Shown piece by piece: positions 14,728-26,499 of a stretch of DNA of 64,000 nucleotides; the first letter of the stretch is position 1; each line of letters begins with the position of its first letter. The stretch covers positions 100 to 64,099 of the forward strand of contig JAUCBJ010004931.1 of assembly GCA_032718475.1 (NCBI GenBank), read 5' to 3'. The notes beneath the pieces are model-generated. The model was not told the DNA's origin and did not search any database. It saw nothing but the letters and a program-made list of their open reading frames with translations. The translations under genes were made by a program, and so were the position numbers. The stretch is from Nemertoderma westbladi (taxonomy: Eukaryota; Animalia; Xenacoelomorpha).

Positions 14728-15061
14728 AACAACATAAAAAATGTTAGATTTTTGCTTGATCAAATGTGGCGTCGAATGCTGGACATTGACATTGACATAT
14801 AGATTATCTATCATTACTAATATCAATATTAATCATAACAACACATTTTGATGCTAACAAATACAATAGTATTTGTAATTTCTCTGAATGCTATTTTTAA
14901 TGCAACCACGGCGACAATAAACCGAGAGGATCATAGATTCGAGCTGAGTTTCAACAGAGTAAGTGCAATACAAACGACTGCAAGTATTTAAATTTATGCA
15001 AAAAAACCGTAAGTCAACAAAAGACTTGCGGTTTTTTGTCATCAGAATTTAATAAGGATAT

Positions 15062-15940
15062 CTATGGTGGCACTGAAGGGCCAACAAAGAAATTTTTTTT
15101 GTCTGAAACAAGTCGTGCGCACGACTTGTTACATCAGAAACAAGTCGTGCCCACGACTTGTTTTAGCAAAACAAGTCGTGCGCACGAGTTGTTACATCAG
15201 AAACAAGTCGTGCGCACGACTTGTTACATCAGAAACAACTCGTGCGCACGACTTGTTTTGCTAAAACAAGTCGTGCGCACGACTTGTTACTTCAGAAACA
15301 ACTCGTGCGCACGACTTGTTTTGCTAAAACAACTCGTGCGCACGACTTGTTACATCAGAAACAACTGGTGCGCACGACTTGTTTTGCTAAAACAAGTCGT
15401 GGGCACGACTTGTTACTTCACAAACAACTCGTGCGCACGACTTGTTACATCAGAAACAACTCGTGCGCACGACTTGTTTTGCTAAAACAACTCGTGCGCA
15501 CGACTTGTTTTGCTAAAACAACTCGTGCGCACGAGTTGTTTTCCTAAAACAAGTCGTGCGCACGACTTGTCAGGAGCAGGTTACAGAGACGGGTATTTCT
15601 AACCAAAACAATAAACTACGTACCACGTACAACACAGCAACAGGCAGACAGGCAGACAAAGCAACTCCCGAAATAAGCACTGAGTACAGGAGTACTATGA
15701 CTGTGGAAGGATGGTATGTTATCTTTTCAAATTTACCGCTAAAAGCCAAAATCAAATAATTCCATGTTTCCATGCTCCAAGTCGTGCGCACGAGTTGTTT
15801 CTGTAGTAACAAGTCGTGCGCACGAGTTGTTTTAGCAAAACAAGTCGTGCGCACGAGTTGTTTCTGATGTAACAAGTCGTGCGCACGACTTGATTTAGCA
15901 AAAAAAAAAATTCGTTGTTGGCCCTTCAGTGCCACCATAG
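15062..15940. mobile_element. Non-autonomous TIR element with subterminal arrays of a 24-bp palindrome
   Basis: 26-bp TIR CTATGGTGGCACTGAAGGGCCAACAA / TTGTTGGCCCTTCAGTGCCACCATAG with AT flanks. About 15 units on the left and 4 inverted on the right of AACAAGTCGTGCGCACGACTTGTT plus a 7-8 bp linker. Confidence 0.85.
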
Positions 15941-16286
15941 ATTTCACATCTGGAAATGGTTTTGCGAGATCTGTTGTATGCATTTTCAATAATTACCAGA
16001 AGTAGCTCCGATGAGAGAAAGCTTGTCATTAAACTATTGTTATTAATTCCATTAGTCACCTGAGGTCAACCCACCCTAACCTAACTGTTTAATATGAGAA
16101 TGCCTTCTTAGGTTGTTTCAAGTTATCACTTTCTACCGGTCTGACCATCAAGATGTAAATTTAGACAGAGCCAGATAAGATAATAGCAATTGTCTGGAAT
16201 ATGTGATTATTTGACGTTAATTAACGTTAAGGTAATTAAGCGTTAATTATTATAATTATGTTTTTATCACTGTCAGTTGTTTGTAA

Positions 16287-16568
16287 TTTTTTAACGTTAA
16301 ACATACAATATATTTTGACGATCCAAACTGATTGTCAGTAATATGTCATTTTTTAACGTTAATCATACAATATATTTTGACGATCCAAACTGATTGTCAG
16401 TAATATGTCATTTTTTAACGTTAAACATACAATATATTTTGACGATCCAAACTGATTGTCAGTAATGTCATTTTTTAACGTTAAACATACAATATATTTT
16501 GACGATCCAAACTGATTGTCAGTAATATGTCATTTTTTAACGTTAAACATACAATATATTTTGACGAT
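16287..16568. repeat. About 62-bp tandem repeat (about 4.5 copies), right subterminal region of the EnSpm-like element
   Basis: TTTTTTAACGTTAAACATACAATATATTTTGACGATCCAAACTGATTGTCAGTAATATGTCA repeated. Confidence 0.9.
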
Positions 16569-17207
16569 CAAAATACCTACCGTTTAAAATTAACGTTAAT
16601 TTGCGTTAATTTTTAACGTTAAAAGGGCGGCCAAACTAACGTTATTTATATGTATTATTAACGTTAATAATTAACGTTGGCATTGTCAGAAAATAACGTA
16701 TATTAATGCATTATTAACGTTAAATTGTTTGCAGGGAAGTGAATTAAAAATTTTGTGTTCAAACTGAAAATTGCTGGTTACTTGGTTTTTTAATTTTTTT
16801 GCCTATTTTTTTATGATTGTATATCGATCGCATTCCTCTTCAACCAACTCTGTCGTCATAGTTTGGGAACAATATACAGTATAATGAATTCCTCATGATT
16901 CTGACTGAATCAGGATGGTCCTTTAGAAATTAAAACAGATTGATTAAGTTAAATAAGTAATCCATTTCTTAGTATCAATAAATAACAGATATGGGGGGGA
17001 GGGGGTGGACTCTGGACGCAATCAAAATTCATCCTCATATAACCGGTTTTATTGAATTTAGTTTATTGTTTTTGGTTAGAATATCATTCCACTGTAACCT
17101 GCTCCTTTCCATAAATTTATATTGAGACGAAGTATTAATACGGTACAAAACTAATATAGAAATATCACACTGTGCCCCAAAAATACACATGGTCTTAAGG
17201 TTTCTAA

Positions 17208-17720
17208 TCAGGAAATCCAATTGCAATGTTGTAAGTGATGGAACACAACCCAATAATGGCCTGTAGTTCCAGGCAGAGGCTGCGATTTAGTTTTTTCCTC
17301 AACTAATAATTTAAACTCCGAAATGCTTGCAGCAGATGCCGTTGATATCTTTTGTCTCTTAAGTAAATGAGTTATAGGAATGGCAGATTTAATCGCTTTG
17401 AGTTTCAACATTTTTGAGGCACCCCAATAGGACTTCATCTCTGTACAATATGCGCCTTTTCCTCGGACCGACATAACAGCCAAAACAGTAGGGCGATACA
17501 GTGTTTACAGCCCCCTGCGCAGCCAATACAATCCATGCATGTTATTGCAACAATCTCGCTAGTTTCTTCATTCATTTTGAGTGATACCTGGTACGGTTTC
17601 TCACGAATGCGATGTTCCGCCGTGATGTTGCAATGTATTAAAAATTGCGGAGAATCTCTCTTTATCTGAATGCGTCCAATGGCATCCTTGGCATGCAATG
17701 TACTCGAAGACCTAAAGCAG
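17208..17720 (-). pseudogene. SWIM zinc-finger protein relic, probably a DNA-transposon accessory ORF (ISL2EU-like)
   Basis: CMDCIGCAGGCKHCIALLFWL (SWIM CxxC...CxH), then RSEE and, after a frameshift, CTEMKSYW. Confidence 0.6.
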
Positions 17721-18765
17721 TTTAAAAAATTAAAGAACAAATTAAAAATATATATCCTACCCTGCCCTATCTGCCGTGCAAATATAATTTTTAAATAATA
17801 TACCATTCTGCCGGTTGAGTTATAGTTCATATCCGTACCTGTGGTATATTCGTATTGCAAAAATAAAATTGTAACCTATGTTATTGAGTTATCGTTTATT
17901 GTTTTGGTTAGAAAAGCCCGTCACTGTAACCTGCTCCTTGCCTTTAATTAAGAAATATCTAGTTTTGTTTATTGATTTGTTTAGAAAAAACCGCCACTGT
18001 AACCTGCTCCGTTTGCCACAGATACGCAAATGAACGATAACCGCCAGTAGGCTTTAAATAAAAAATTACCAAATTAATGCTTATCGTTTTAATATTTCTA
18101 AATTCAGGGCTGTCATACCGGTCCAGTCAACACGTAATGTACGATGCTGCCATAATTGATCTCTGGTAAATTACGACTGTCGGATTTTGTATATCCCATA
18201 AGCGGTAAGGCTATAGTTTTGAGTTCGTGTAAGAGTGGTACAGCAGTACATTTACTCAACTTGCTCTAATGAACTTAGTAACAATACGGCAATGCAATAG
18301 ATGGATAGGCCTGAGTTGCATAGCATAGGCAGATAGGGGGTCAAGCGGTCATCTACCAAGTTTACAAAATTGCAAACAGTATTTTATCAATGTTTATGAT
18401 CATGAATTTTAGTAATTGTTGTCTTAAAAGACGCGCAAGACTCTCAGCTTTCAATTGATATAAGCTATGTTTGAAATGATTGCGATTAAATGTGTATTTA
18501 AATGGATCTAAAATCACCCTCCAATAAGAAACCAATGTAATAAATTATCTGAGCACTGCGTAATGATGTCAAAACTGTAACAGATCTTCAACATTGGCTT
18601 CCCGGGCTTAATTAAACCCGCCATTTCGAGCCTTTCCACGTGTTTTTAGTGGTTTTACAAAAAACACTCCCTGCCACTCGATTCAGGGCACCTTGTTACC
18701 TCTTATTCCATTGTTTCTAGCCCAAAATTTTTTTCGACCAAACCTATTTTGGAATAAAACTAAAA

Positions 18766-19295
18766 TACATACTTGTTGCAAAGTACTTTGGGGCCGTCCA
18801 AGTATGACGTCTGCGCTTTTTCCCAAAATGTTGACCCACTCCCTCCCCTAAATCAGATGTCATCAGATAGGCGTTGACGCTCCCCCCCCCCCTCCCCTAA
18901 ATCAGATTAAAAAAAATTTCGCGTCCTAATCACTGAAACATGGTGACTGGTAACTGAAACAGAAGGTCGTGCTACGGGCCTTCGGGGACTTCGAACAATT
19001 AAAATAGGCAAGCTATTTATTTACTCTTCTGCTATATCTCTTCTAGCACCTATAAATGAACATGCTGACGTCAGATTTTGGCTGACCCCCTCCCATCCCC
19101 TCATCAGTACGTCATCAGATTTTCCCAACCCCCCCCCCCCCCCTAAAGTGCTGACGTCATACTTGGACGGCCCCTTTACAGTGTTCTGATCCTCGTGGCT
19201 TTATTTTCACTCACTCACTAACGTTCGTTCATGTAACAAAGCCATCGCATTGATCATCACACTGTAAAGTGCTACTTTACACACAAGTATGTAAA
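18766..19295. mobile_element. Short palindromic non-autonomous element split by a MITE
   Basis: After removing 18790-19174, the arms TACATACTTGTTGCAAAGTACTTTACAGTG and CACTGTAAAGTGCTACTTTACACACAAGTATGTA form an imperfect inverted repeat. Confidence 0.55.
18790..19174. mobile_element. PIF/Harbinger-type MITE
   Basis: TIR GGGGCCGTCCAAGTATGACGTC / GACGTCATACTTGGACGGCCCC; TTT duplicated on both sides. Confidence 0.85.
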
Positions 19296-19384
19296 TAGTT
19301 ATTATTCTTAAATTCTCTCGAATATACCCCAAAATTAAGAGAAAAAGTTCTACTTTTCCCATGTAATAAATAATAATTATTACA

Positions 19385-19900
19385 GGAACCTATGTTTCAG
19401 CTGCTACTTGCCAGAAAAGATGGAAAACAATACGCGATCACAATTTAAAATATACTAGAAAGATAAAGGAGAGATACCATAAACCAGGATTGTATGGCGG
19501 AACACCACCAACTTTCAAGTTTGCCCAGCAATTGTCATTCCTTGATAAATAATTGGAGCCCCGACCAACATCTTGGAATGTGTCATTGCCGAATGTGTCT
19601 TTTCCATTACATGTGTTGTATAGAGACAATGACAGTGATAATGACAGCACTATTAGTTGCTCAAGTAGTCAAATACCCACTGACCGAATTCCACCTGGGC
19701 CACCACTTAAGGAGGGGTAAACGCAGTATGGATAACTTCAAGGCTTCAATTTTGGATATTTATAAACAAAAAAACGGCTCGACCAACGATGGCGACTATG
19801 CTTTCGGTCAGATGTTGGTCCATGACCTCGGGAATGTAATGAACACAAGAAAATGAAATTAAAGATGGTTATAATGAACGTCATCTATCAGGCTACCAGA
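19385..19900 (+). pseudogene. MADF/Myb-SANT plus BESS-like relic (Harbinger ORF2-like or host-derived)
   Basis: CQKRWKTIRD...FKFAQQLSFL (MADF C-terminal part) and DGDYAFGQMLVHDL...KMVIMNVIYQ (BESS-like), broken by frameshifts and stops. Confidence 0.55.
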
Positions 19901-20589
19901 GTCGGTCACAGGACCCCGGCCCCTTTGAGAACCAGTTAATCCCGCTTGCAACAAATACAGGATGGCTAACCCTGCAACACTTATTTGATGCATTAACTAT
20001 AACTACTGTATAATGGACTATCTTGTTATCTTGTTCCTTCCGGTAATGTTTCATTATGCAGATTTACTTTTCTTATTTGATGTCAATTAAACAATTCCAA
20101 TTTCAATTTCAATGTACCGGCACCGAATGCCATCATGTACGTGCGTGGGCGAGCGAGACGGGGGTATAACCAGGCGCAACCCCAACTTACGTGTGTGGGG
20201 AGCGAGACGGGGGTATAACCAGGCGCAACCCCAACTTAATACTACAGCAGATGTAGATACAATTGTATGGATGTGAATTGGACGATATTAGGATATGGCT
20301 TATACTCTGTATTTATGTATTTGAAATGCCAATTAAATACAGTAGTTATCGGTAAATTTTACTACCCATTTAGTACTGTAGTGAGTGTTTTGAATAAAGG
20401 TTTAGATCACCATTAGTTCACTGGAGTCCTACTTTATTCTGAAAATATTTCGGTTTACTTACCGTAAACAAAGTCCAAGCCTCTAATCAACCTTCGAAAT
20501 GTATTTTCTTACATGCTCGGATGGAGAAATGTGGGGCTCCAGTAATACATCCAGTTGGTCAAATTGGGCGCAGGTAACTCTACTCCGCT

Positions 20590-22796
20590 TTATTGTGGCC
20601 AAGGTAAGACTTAGTCTGCGTGCTAGCAGAACAACGAAATCTGCCTTGCCGCGGCATGACTGGTCCTCTCTGTTGTAACAGCCAAGTGTGAGATCCAGCT
20701 TCACACTACAGCTGAGCAACAGGTATGAGGTTCTTGCCTCTGAGGCGGCAGATCACTGTGAGGGCTATACTGCCTTCACAGAGGCAGTTAAGTTAGCAGC
20801 TGCAGAAACAGTTCCTGTATACCCTCGAAACAGGAAACGGGCCCCCTGGACTGACAACAAAATTCAGAAGTGCCGAAATGACCTCTACAAGGCGCAGAAA
20901 GAGTCCCGACTCAAACAGACTACAGCGGCCAAGAATGCAGTTAAGGCTGCATCTAAGTCCCTGAACAGGCAGTACTCTGTTAATCTACAGGAGCTAATAA
21001 ACCAACAGGTTCATGCCATCAATGATGCTGACGACAGCAGGCAATCATCCCAGGCATGGAGATCGATCAACTTGCTTGCTGGTCGAAAAAGCCAACCAAC
21101 CACCAAGGTTAAGGCTGAATCACCAGCCGATCGCCTCAATGGTTGGAAGGTCCACTTTGAAAAGCTCCTCAATAATGACAGGGTATTGCCTGATAACTTT
21201 ATAGAAGTAAAAGTGTCGGAGTCTGTACTCCCAGATATTCCCATTGGTGATATCTCCTTTGCAGAAGTGAAGGCTGCTGCAAAGAGCATTAAGACCAATC
21301 GTGCCAGTGAAGTAGATGGTATTCCCCCTGAGGTCTTTAAAATACCTGAGTGTTTAAAGCTCATCTATCCCATCATAGTAGACATGTACCGTACAACAAG
21401 AATCCCACAAGAAATGAAAACAAATAAGTTGGTGCCAGTTCCCAAGAAGGGCAACCTAACACTCTATGGTTCTTTTCGGGGAATCTCATTGATCTCGATT
21501 GCTGCAAAGCTATACAATAGAATTCTATTAAATCGCATCAGGGATCCCATTGAGAGACTGCTCCGTGGAAATCAGAATGGGTTCCGTAAAGGTCGTGGTA
21601 CCATGGAGCCCATTTTGGCACTTAGAAGGATAATTGAAGAGTTATCAAAAATGAAAGACAGGCATATGGCTGTTATCTTTGTTGACTTCTTCAAGGCCTT
21701 TGATTCAGTCTCTCGCTCACGTATGTTCATCATACTTTCATTATATGGGATTACTGATGAAATTATTGCAGCAATCAGATCAGTATACGATGGTTCGACA
21801 ACATTTGTGTCTACTGTTGACGGTGACACAGAACCATTTGAAGTGTTATGGGGCGTCCTCCCCCACCTTGCACCATTCTTGTTCATAATTGTTGTTGACT
21901 ATGTTCTACGCATGTCCTTAGATCATCATAATGATGATGGGGTGATGATAACTCCACCTACTGGCTCCAGATGTCGAGGAAATCCTGCCAAGTACCTAAC
22001 TAATCTAGTCTTTGCTGATGACTTAGGAGTACTCTCAGAATTACTAGAGGGAGCCCAACGGCTCCTCAGCTCATTAGAACATGCTGCTTCTAGTGTTGGT
22101 CTTTTTATTAACCTCAGAAAGACCAAAATTTTGACAGTTAACTTTGAAAGTCCTCAGCAAGTCTCTGATCAGATGAGCATAAGCTCAAAAGATGGTATGC
22201 TTGAGCATGTGGATGACTTCTGTTACCTGGGATCATGGATCCGGAAATCAGGTGAGGACCTTCGAATACGTAAGGGAAAGGCATGGGCAGCCTTGAATAG
22301 GCTTTCCAGGATTTGGAAGTCACCGAGAATTAATCGGAAACTTAAGGTCCGATTATTTAGAGCAGCAGTAGTTCCAGTACTCCTCTATGGGAGTCCATGC
22401 TGGGCTCTAATTGCTAAGGAAACCAAATCTCTGGATGGCACATTCACAAGAATGCAACGCCGGGTTCATTGTGACAATGAACCCGGCAATGCACACATCT
22501 CCAACCAGACACTATATAACATTGGAGGTGTCTCATTGGTTCCCCCAAGCTTGACACTAGAACAAAATCGCCTCCGCTTTGCAGGACATTGCTTTCGCCG
22601 TGAGGACCAGCCAGTGCATAATCTTGTACTTTGGCAGCATCATGGAGTGAATAAGCATGGTGGACAGCCCATGACTTTCTTGAGACGCATCTTAAAGGAC
22701 ACTGGCCTTGAAGATGCGGATGATCTAGCAAATGTCATGGGTGATAGGGAGTTGTGGCGGTGCAATTTTGTCAATAAGCCGGCACAGCATTCTTAA
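20590..22796 (+). mobile_element. RTE-like LINE, 5'-truncated; 702-aa open RT ORF (20688-22796)
   Basis: RT motifs PKKGNL..FRGISL, NQNGFRKGRGT, FVDFFKAFDSV, LVFADD, FCYLGS and RLRFAGHC. The QGD motif is missing (GVLPHLAPFLF). Confidence 0.9.
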
Positions 22797-23904
22797 AAAG
22801 GCAGCTGCAATGCAGCATGCCGATCCTAGTAGTCACCCCACCACCTAGCACATGCATCACCTTCTTGGTTTTAACGGGTTAGTGTAACCTGTCAAACTGT
22901 GCCTATCCATTTAAACAATCGGTCTACCAAGGCAGTGAATGCTGTACAGGTATCACAGGTACTATCGAGAGTCCAACACAGTATATGTTGGCTGTGGGAA
23001 TGCGTCAGGGGTACTTCCAGGACCCAGTTGGTGAAAGAAGCGCGGTATTCTGGTATTGTATGTAGTACAGAGACGTTATATTAGGTACCCTAGATGATGA
23101 CACCATCGGTCTTTGTTTGCCGGGCTTTTCACCTGCCAATTCTGGTAATTCTCCTCCCGTAGCAAGTGGTAGAGAATCCTGGCATCACCATGGCTCGTTT
23201 CCACGTTTACTTCTACTACTACAGGATAATCAACCTGTGCATTTAAATTACTCTGCTAGCATAACAACAAATTTATCAGCATGTTGTATTGCATTAAGAA
23301 TGCTAAGCCGGATATCGACAAAATTGCACCGCCACAGCATCATCTGCATCTGTAAGGCCAGTGACCTTTAATAAAATCGAGTAAGAAAAGCAGCCAAACA
23401 TAGGATTTGAAGTTCTCCTATAATAATCTATAACCCCAGTAGTGGCCCAAGTGCAGTGAGCATTAAGAATGCTAAGCAGGCTTAGCATTATTAATGCACA
23501 ATAAGCATCACCAACTCAAATAGCTTAATTCTCAGAAACAACAATACTATTGCCCCCAGTAAGATTATATTAATGATAAAGGGGGAATTGGTATGTTCAA
23601 AAATGTAGTATGCCGCCATATTGCTAAGTTCACATATTGTTTTACAGGTACCACCAATAATGGGAGATGAATTAATGGTTAACTGAAAAATCACAATAGT
23701 GTTTATAGTTCTGAGTATATGTGTTTATGTGTTTATGGTTGAATCTGAGTTGTATTAAAATAAAATAAAGGAAAAGAATTATAGAAATTAATATTTTTAT
23801 TTGCAATATGTAATATGTATCATTGAAAACATTTCACAAATCCTCTATACCGCATTCGAAAGTCATTGCAGCATTAATGAGAGTACATATTCAATTACAG
23901 GTGA

Positions 23905-26268
23905 CTAATGATGACCAAATGATGAGTTGGCAGATTCATATATTGTCTCGTTATCCTGTTCCTTTTTGAAGATTGACTGTGAAATATCAACTGGAATTAA
24001 AGGCATATACGGAAACGTTCCTTTAATATCATTCATGACAAATGGTTTGTTACTTATGTTCAAAGCTGGTGTAGGCACATGCATCGCCATTGGCGTTCTG
24101 TGGCCAAATGATGAATTGGCAGTTTCAAATATTGAATGTTTACCCTTTTCCTTTTCGAAGTGCGAATTATTACCTGGTATTGAAGACCTACCGGTACGGA
24201 GAAAGCTTCTTACAAATTTATTCTTCTCAAATATAGGTGGCAAACTATAAATATTGCGAAGTCGTGCCTCTGAAAAATCAGATATATTCTTAAGAAATTT
24301 AAATTTATCAAGAAACTTCAAATAATTCAAGATCCCCATTATTGGAACCCATAGCAATATGCTACAAATAATAATCTTGCCACATGTCATTGCCCATATT
24401 GGGATATTTTCCTTTGGTACCACGCTAATGTGGTCCTTATGATAATGTGGTGTGTACTTATTATACTTAGCATAAATAATATCGTTGTATATTTTATATG
24501 CAACCATCACTGCCAATATAAGTGGGGAAACATATCGCCAAACTATCATATTATATATACTTGGTCTATTTCCAATCATCAACTCAAAATCATCCATTAA
24601 CTTGTTGAATACCCCTGGTGAACCAGATATAGTAACGGCAATCAGTAGAGATATTATTATACATGAATTCGAAAAAATATAATGGTCTCCTATATTTTGG
24701 AGGTATTTTCCATTACTAAGGGTAAAGAGCGAACTAAGAAGCCAGAAAATAACACAAACCATCAGCAATAAATGCCGAGATGATATTTTCAATGTAGATT
24801 CTTGTATAACACAATACACGATCTGCAGATAACCTATCATCACCCCAATACCGGAAAATGCAAGAATTGAGTAATATGCACCTGGCAATATCATGGATAA
24901 TATTGGTCTCTCTTCCATCACAAACACGTCAGCCATGTGTATAAAGGCATTAGCTTTTCCCCCATCTGTGTCATTCGTATAACTTATTAATAAATCAGTT
25001 ATATTTGTAGAACAAGTTGTATTTCCATTTTCTATTTTTTTTTCGCCACATTGTGTAGATTCATGGAATGCCTTTCTTCCAAGGTTTGCAAATAACGTTA
25101 CAGCCCCCAATATGGACATTATATAGTCTACAAGCGCCACAATCCGAGCATCTCTGTAGAAGTTGTTTGTTCGTGATAGATAACCACTTAGGGAAAGATA
25201 GCCGCAGTCTCCTACAGCAGTACTGGAAATTACGCATGTCAAAGCGGCATACCATGATTCCTTTTTGAAAAAATATTTGGATTCCGATTTAAATAAGTAA
25301 TTCACCCCATCAAGACAGCCTTCTTGTAAGAACGGAATGTTGGTTAGCAATAGTATCACTATCATTATAGACCAGTATGGTACAGTAAATCGAACAATAT
25401 ATTTCCACTGATGAACACCACCAAATACACATAAGTAAAGAATAATCCACATAACGGTATTGAATCCGAATATTCTAAAAGCGAAATATGGTGCCTCAAT
25501 GCCAGATATATTATTAGATATAGTAAGTGTAGTATGATAATAGAAATATTCACTTTTATTTCCGTCACAACCAATGTCCAAATCATGGACTCGGTACCCA
25601 TTATTTGGTAACTTTTCAGTTTCGTTTATAGGACATTCCGTCCATGCTAATGGATATTGAAATGACATGAACAGGTAATAGAAGCAATGTGTGACACCCA
25701 CACTATACATTATGTTTATAAAAGAGACTGATGTAACAACAGCAACACCAATTCCAGTTAGATATGGGTTTATCTGGTACCAAGTTACAATTGCATTCCG
25801 ACGAAATCGTTGACCAATACCCATTTCTAATGTTATTAAAGGCAGTGCTATAAGCAAGTAACATAAACTTACTTGAAAGAGAAATGCTATTCCACCGTAT
25901 TGGTTCATAAGATTCGGAAAATTTATGAAATTGCCCGTTCCAACTGCGAAAGCGATAGGTAATAATGGGAAAGTCCAATTAGAACTGAATATTTTTCTGG
26001 TAGTTTCTGTATGCGACTCATCCAATACAAACTCGTATGCTCTAAGTTGAATTTGTGCTTTCAGTTCTTTTTTAGATATGGCTGGTTGATATAAAATATC
26101 GTCAAACTCATTAACATATGTGTGAAAACCCCTAGGGTTTTCTCCAACTTTTGGAAGTTGGATTTCATTTGCCGTTTTAACGCTCGATATATCATCATTT
26201 AATAAGTAAAAGTCTCCAGGGTAATATTCTGATGGTTCCGAATCAATGGTATTCCTTTCTGCTTTCAT
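23905..26268 (-). CDS. SLC6 sodium:neurotransmitter symporter family protein (divergent, SLC6A15/A19-like), single exon, 787 aa
   Basis: Uninterrupted ORF with about 12 hydrophobic segments; FAVGTGNFINFP..QYGGIAFL, LEMGIGQRFRR, SFQYPLAWTECP and WRYVSP match SLC6 signatures. AATAAA lies about 110 bp downstream on the minus strand. Confidence 0.9.
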   Translation of the reverse strand: MKAERNTIDSEPSEYYPGDFYLLNDDISSVKTANEIQLPKVGENPRGFHTYVNEFDDILYQPAISKKELKAQIQLRAYEFVLDESHTETTRKIFSSNWTFPLLPIAFAVGTGNFINFPNLMNQYGGIAFLFQVSLCYLLIALPLITLEMGIGQRFRRNAIVTWYQINPYLTGIGVAVVTSVSFINIMYSVGVTHCFYYLFMSFQYPLAWTECPINETEKLPNNGYRVHDLDIGCDGNKSEYFYYHTTLTISNNISGIEAPYFAFRIFGFNTVMWIILYLCVFGGVHQWKYIVRFTVPYWSIMIVILLLTNIPFLQEGCLDGVNYLFKSESKYFFKKESWYAALTCVISSTAVGDCGYLSLSGYLSRTNNFYRDARIVALVDYIMSILGAVTLFANLGRKAFHESTQCGEKKIENGNTTCSTNITDLLISYTNDTDGGKANAFIHMADVFVMEERPILSMILPGAYYSILAFSGIGVMIGYLQIVYCVIQESTLKISSRHLLLMVCVIFWLLSSLFTLSNGKYLQNIGDHYIFSNSCIIISLLIAVTISGSPGVFNKLMDDFELMIGNRPSIYNMIVWRYVSPLILAVMVAYKIYNDIIYAKYNKYTPHYHKDHISVVPKENIPIWAMTCGKIIICSILLWVPIMGILNYLKFLDKFKFLKNISDFSEARLRNIYSLPPIFEKNKFVRSFLRTGRSSIPGNNSHFEKEKGKHSIFETANSSFGHRTPMAMHVPTPALNISNKPFVMNDIKGTFPYMPLIPVDISQSIFKKEQDNETIYESANSSFGHH

Positions 26269-26499
26269 AATGACGATACTGGCAACCTGCCAACAGTTTT
26301 GTATTACTTTGTTTTGCTATATCTTAAAACTAGAAAAATAAAAAAAATTATACTAAAAAATTACTAGCAACATCAACTACTATTACTTACACTACAACTA
26401 GTACTATAATCGGTCTACCGCATTGCAGCTGTAGATTGAGATGCTGTGCTTGATTAATAAAATATTTGTACCACCACAGCAATCCGAAATTCCCATGCT

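Larger units (their letters stand above)
11633..16736. mobile_element. Non-autonomous EnSpm/CACTA-like (CCC-terminus) DNA transposon with nested insertions
   Basis: TIR CCCTGCAAAC (11633) / GTTTGCAGGG (ends 16736), AA on both sides (2-bp TSD), dense subterminal TTAACGTTAA motifs at both ends. Confidence 0.75.

Noticed and set aside
15105-15570. Palindromic repeat with spacers, resembling CRISPR
   Set aside because: Linkers are 7-8 bp and of only two recurring types; the array lies inside a TIR element.
20113-20470. Possible solo LTR (TGT...ACA with AATAAA and a roughly 50-bp internal duplication)
   Set aside because: No TSD and no second copy in the window.
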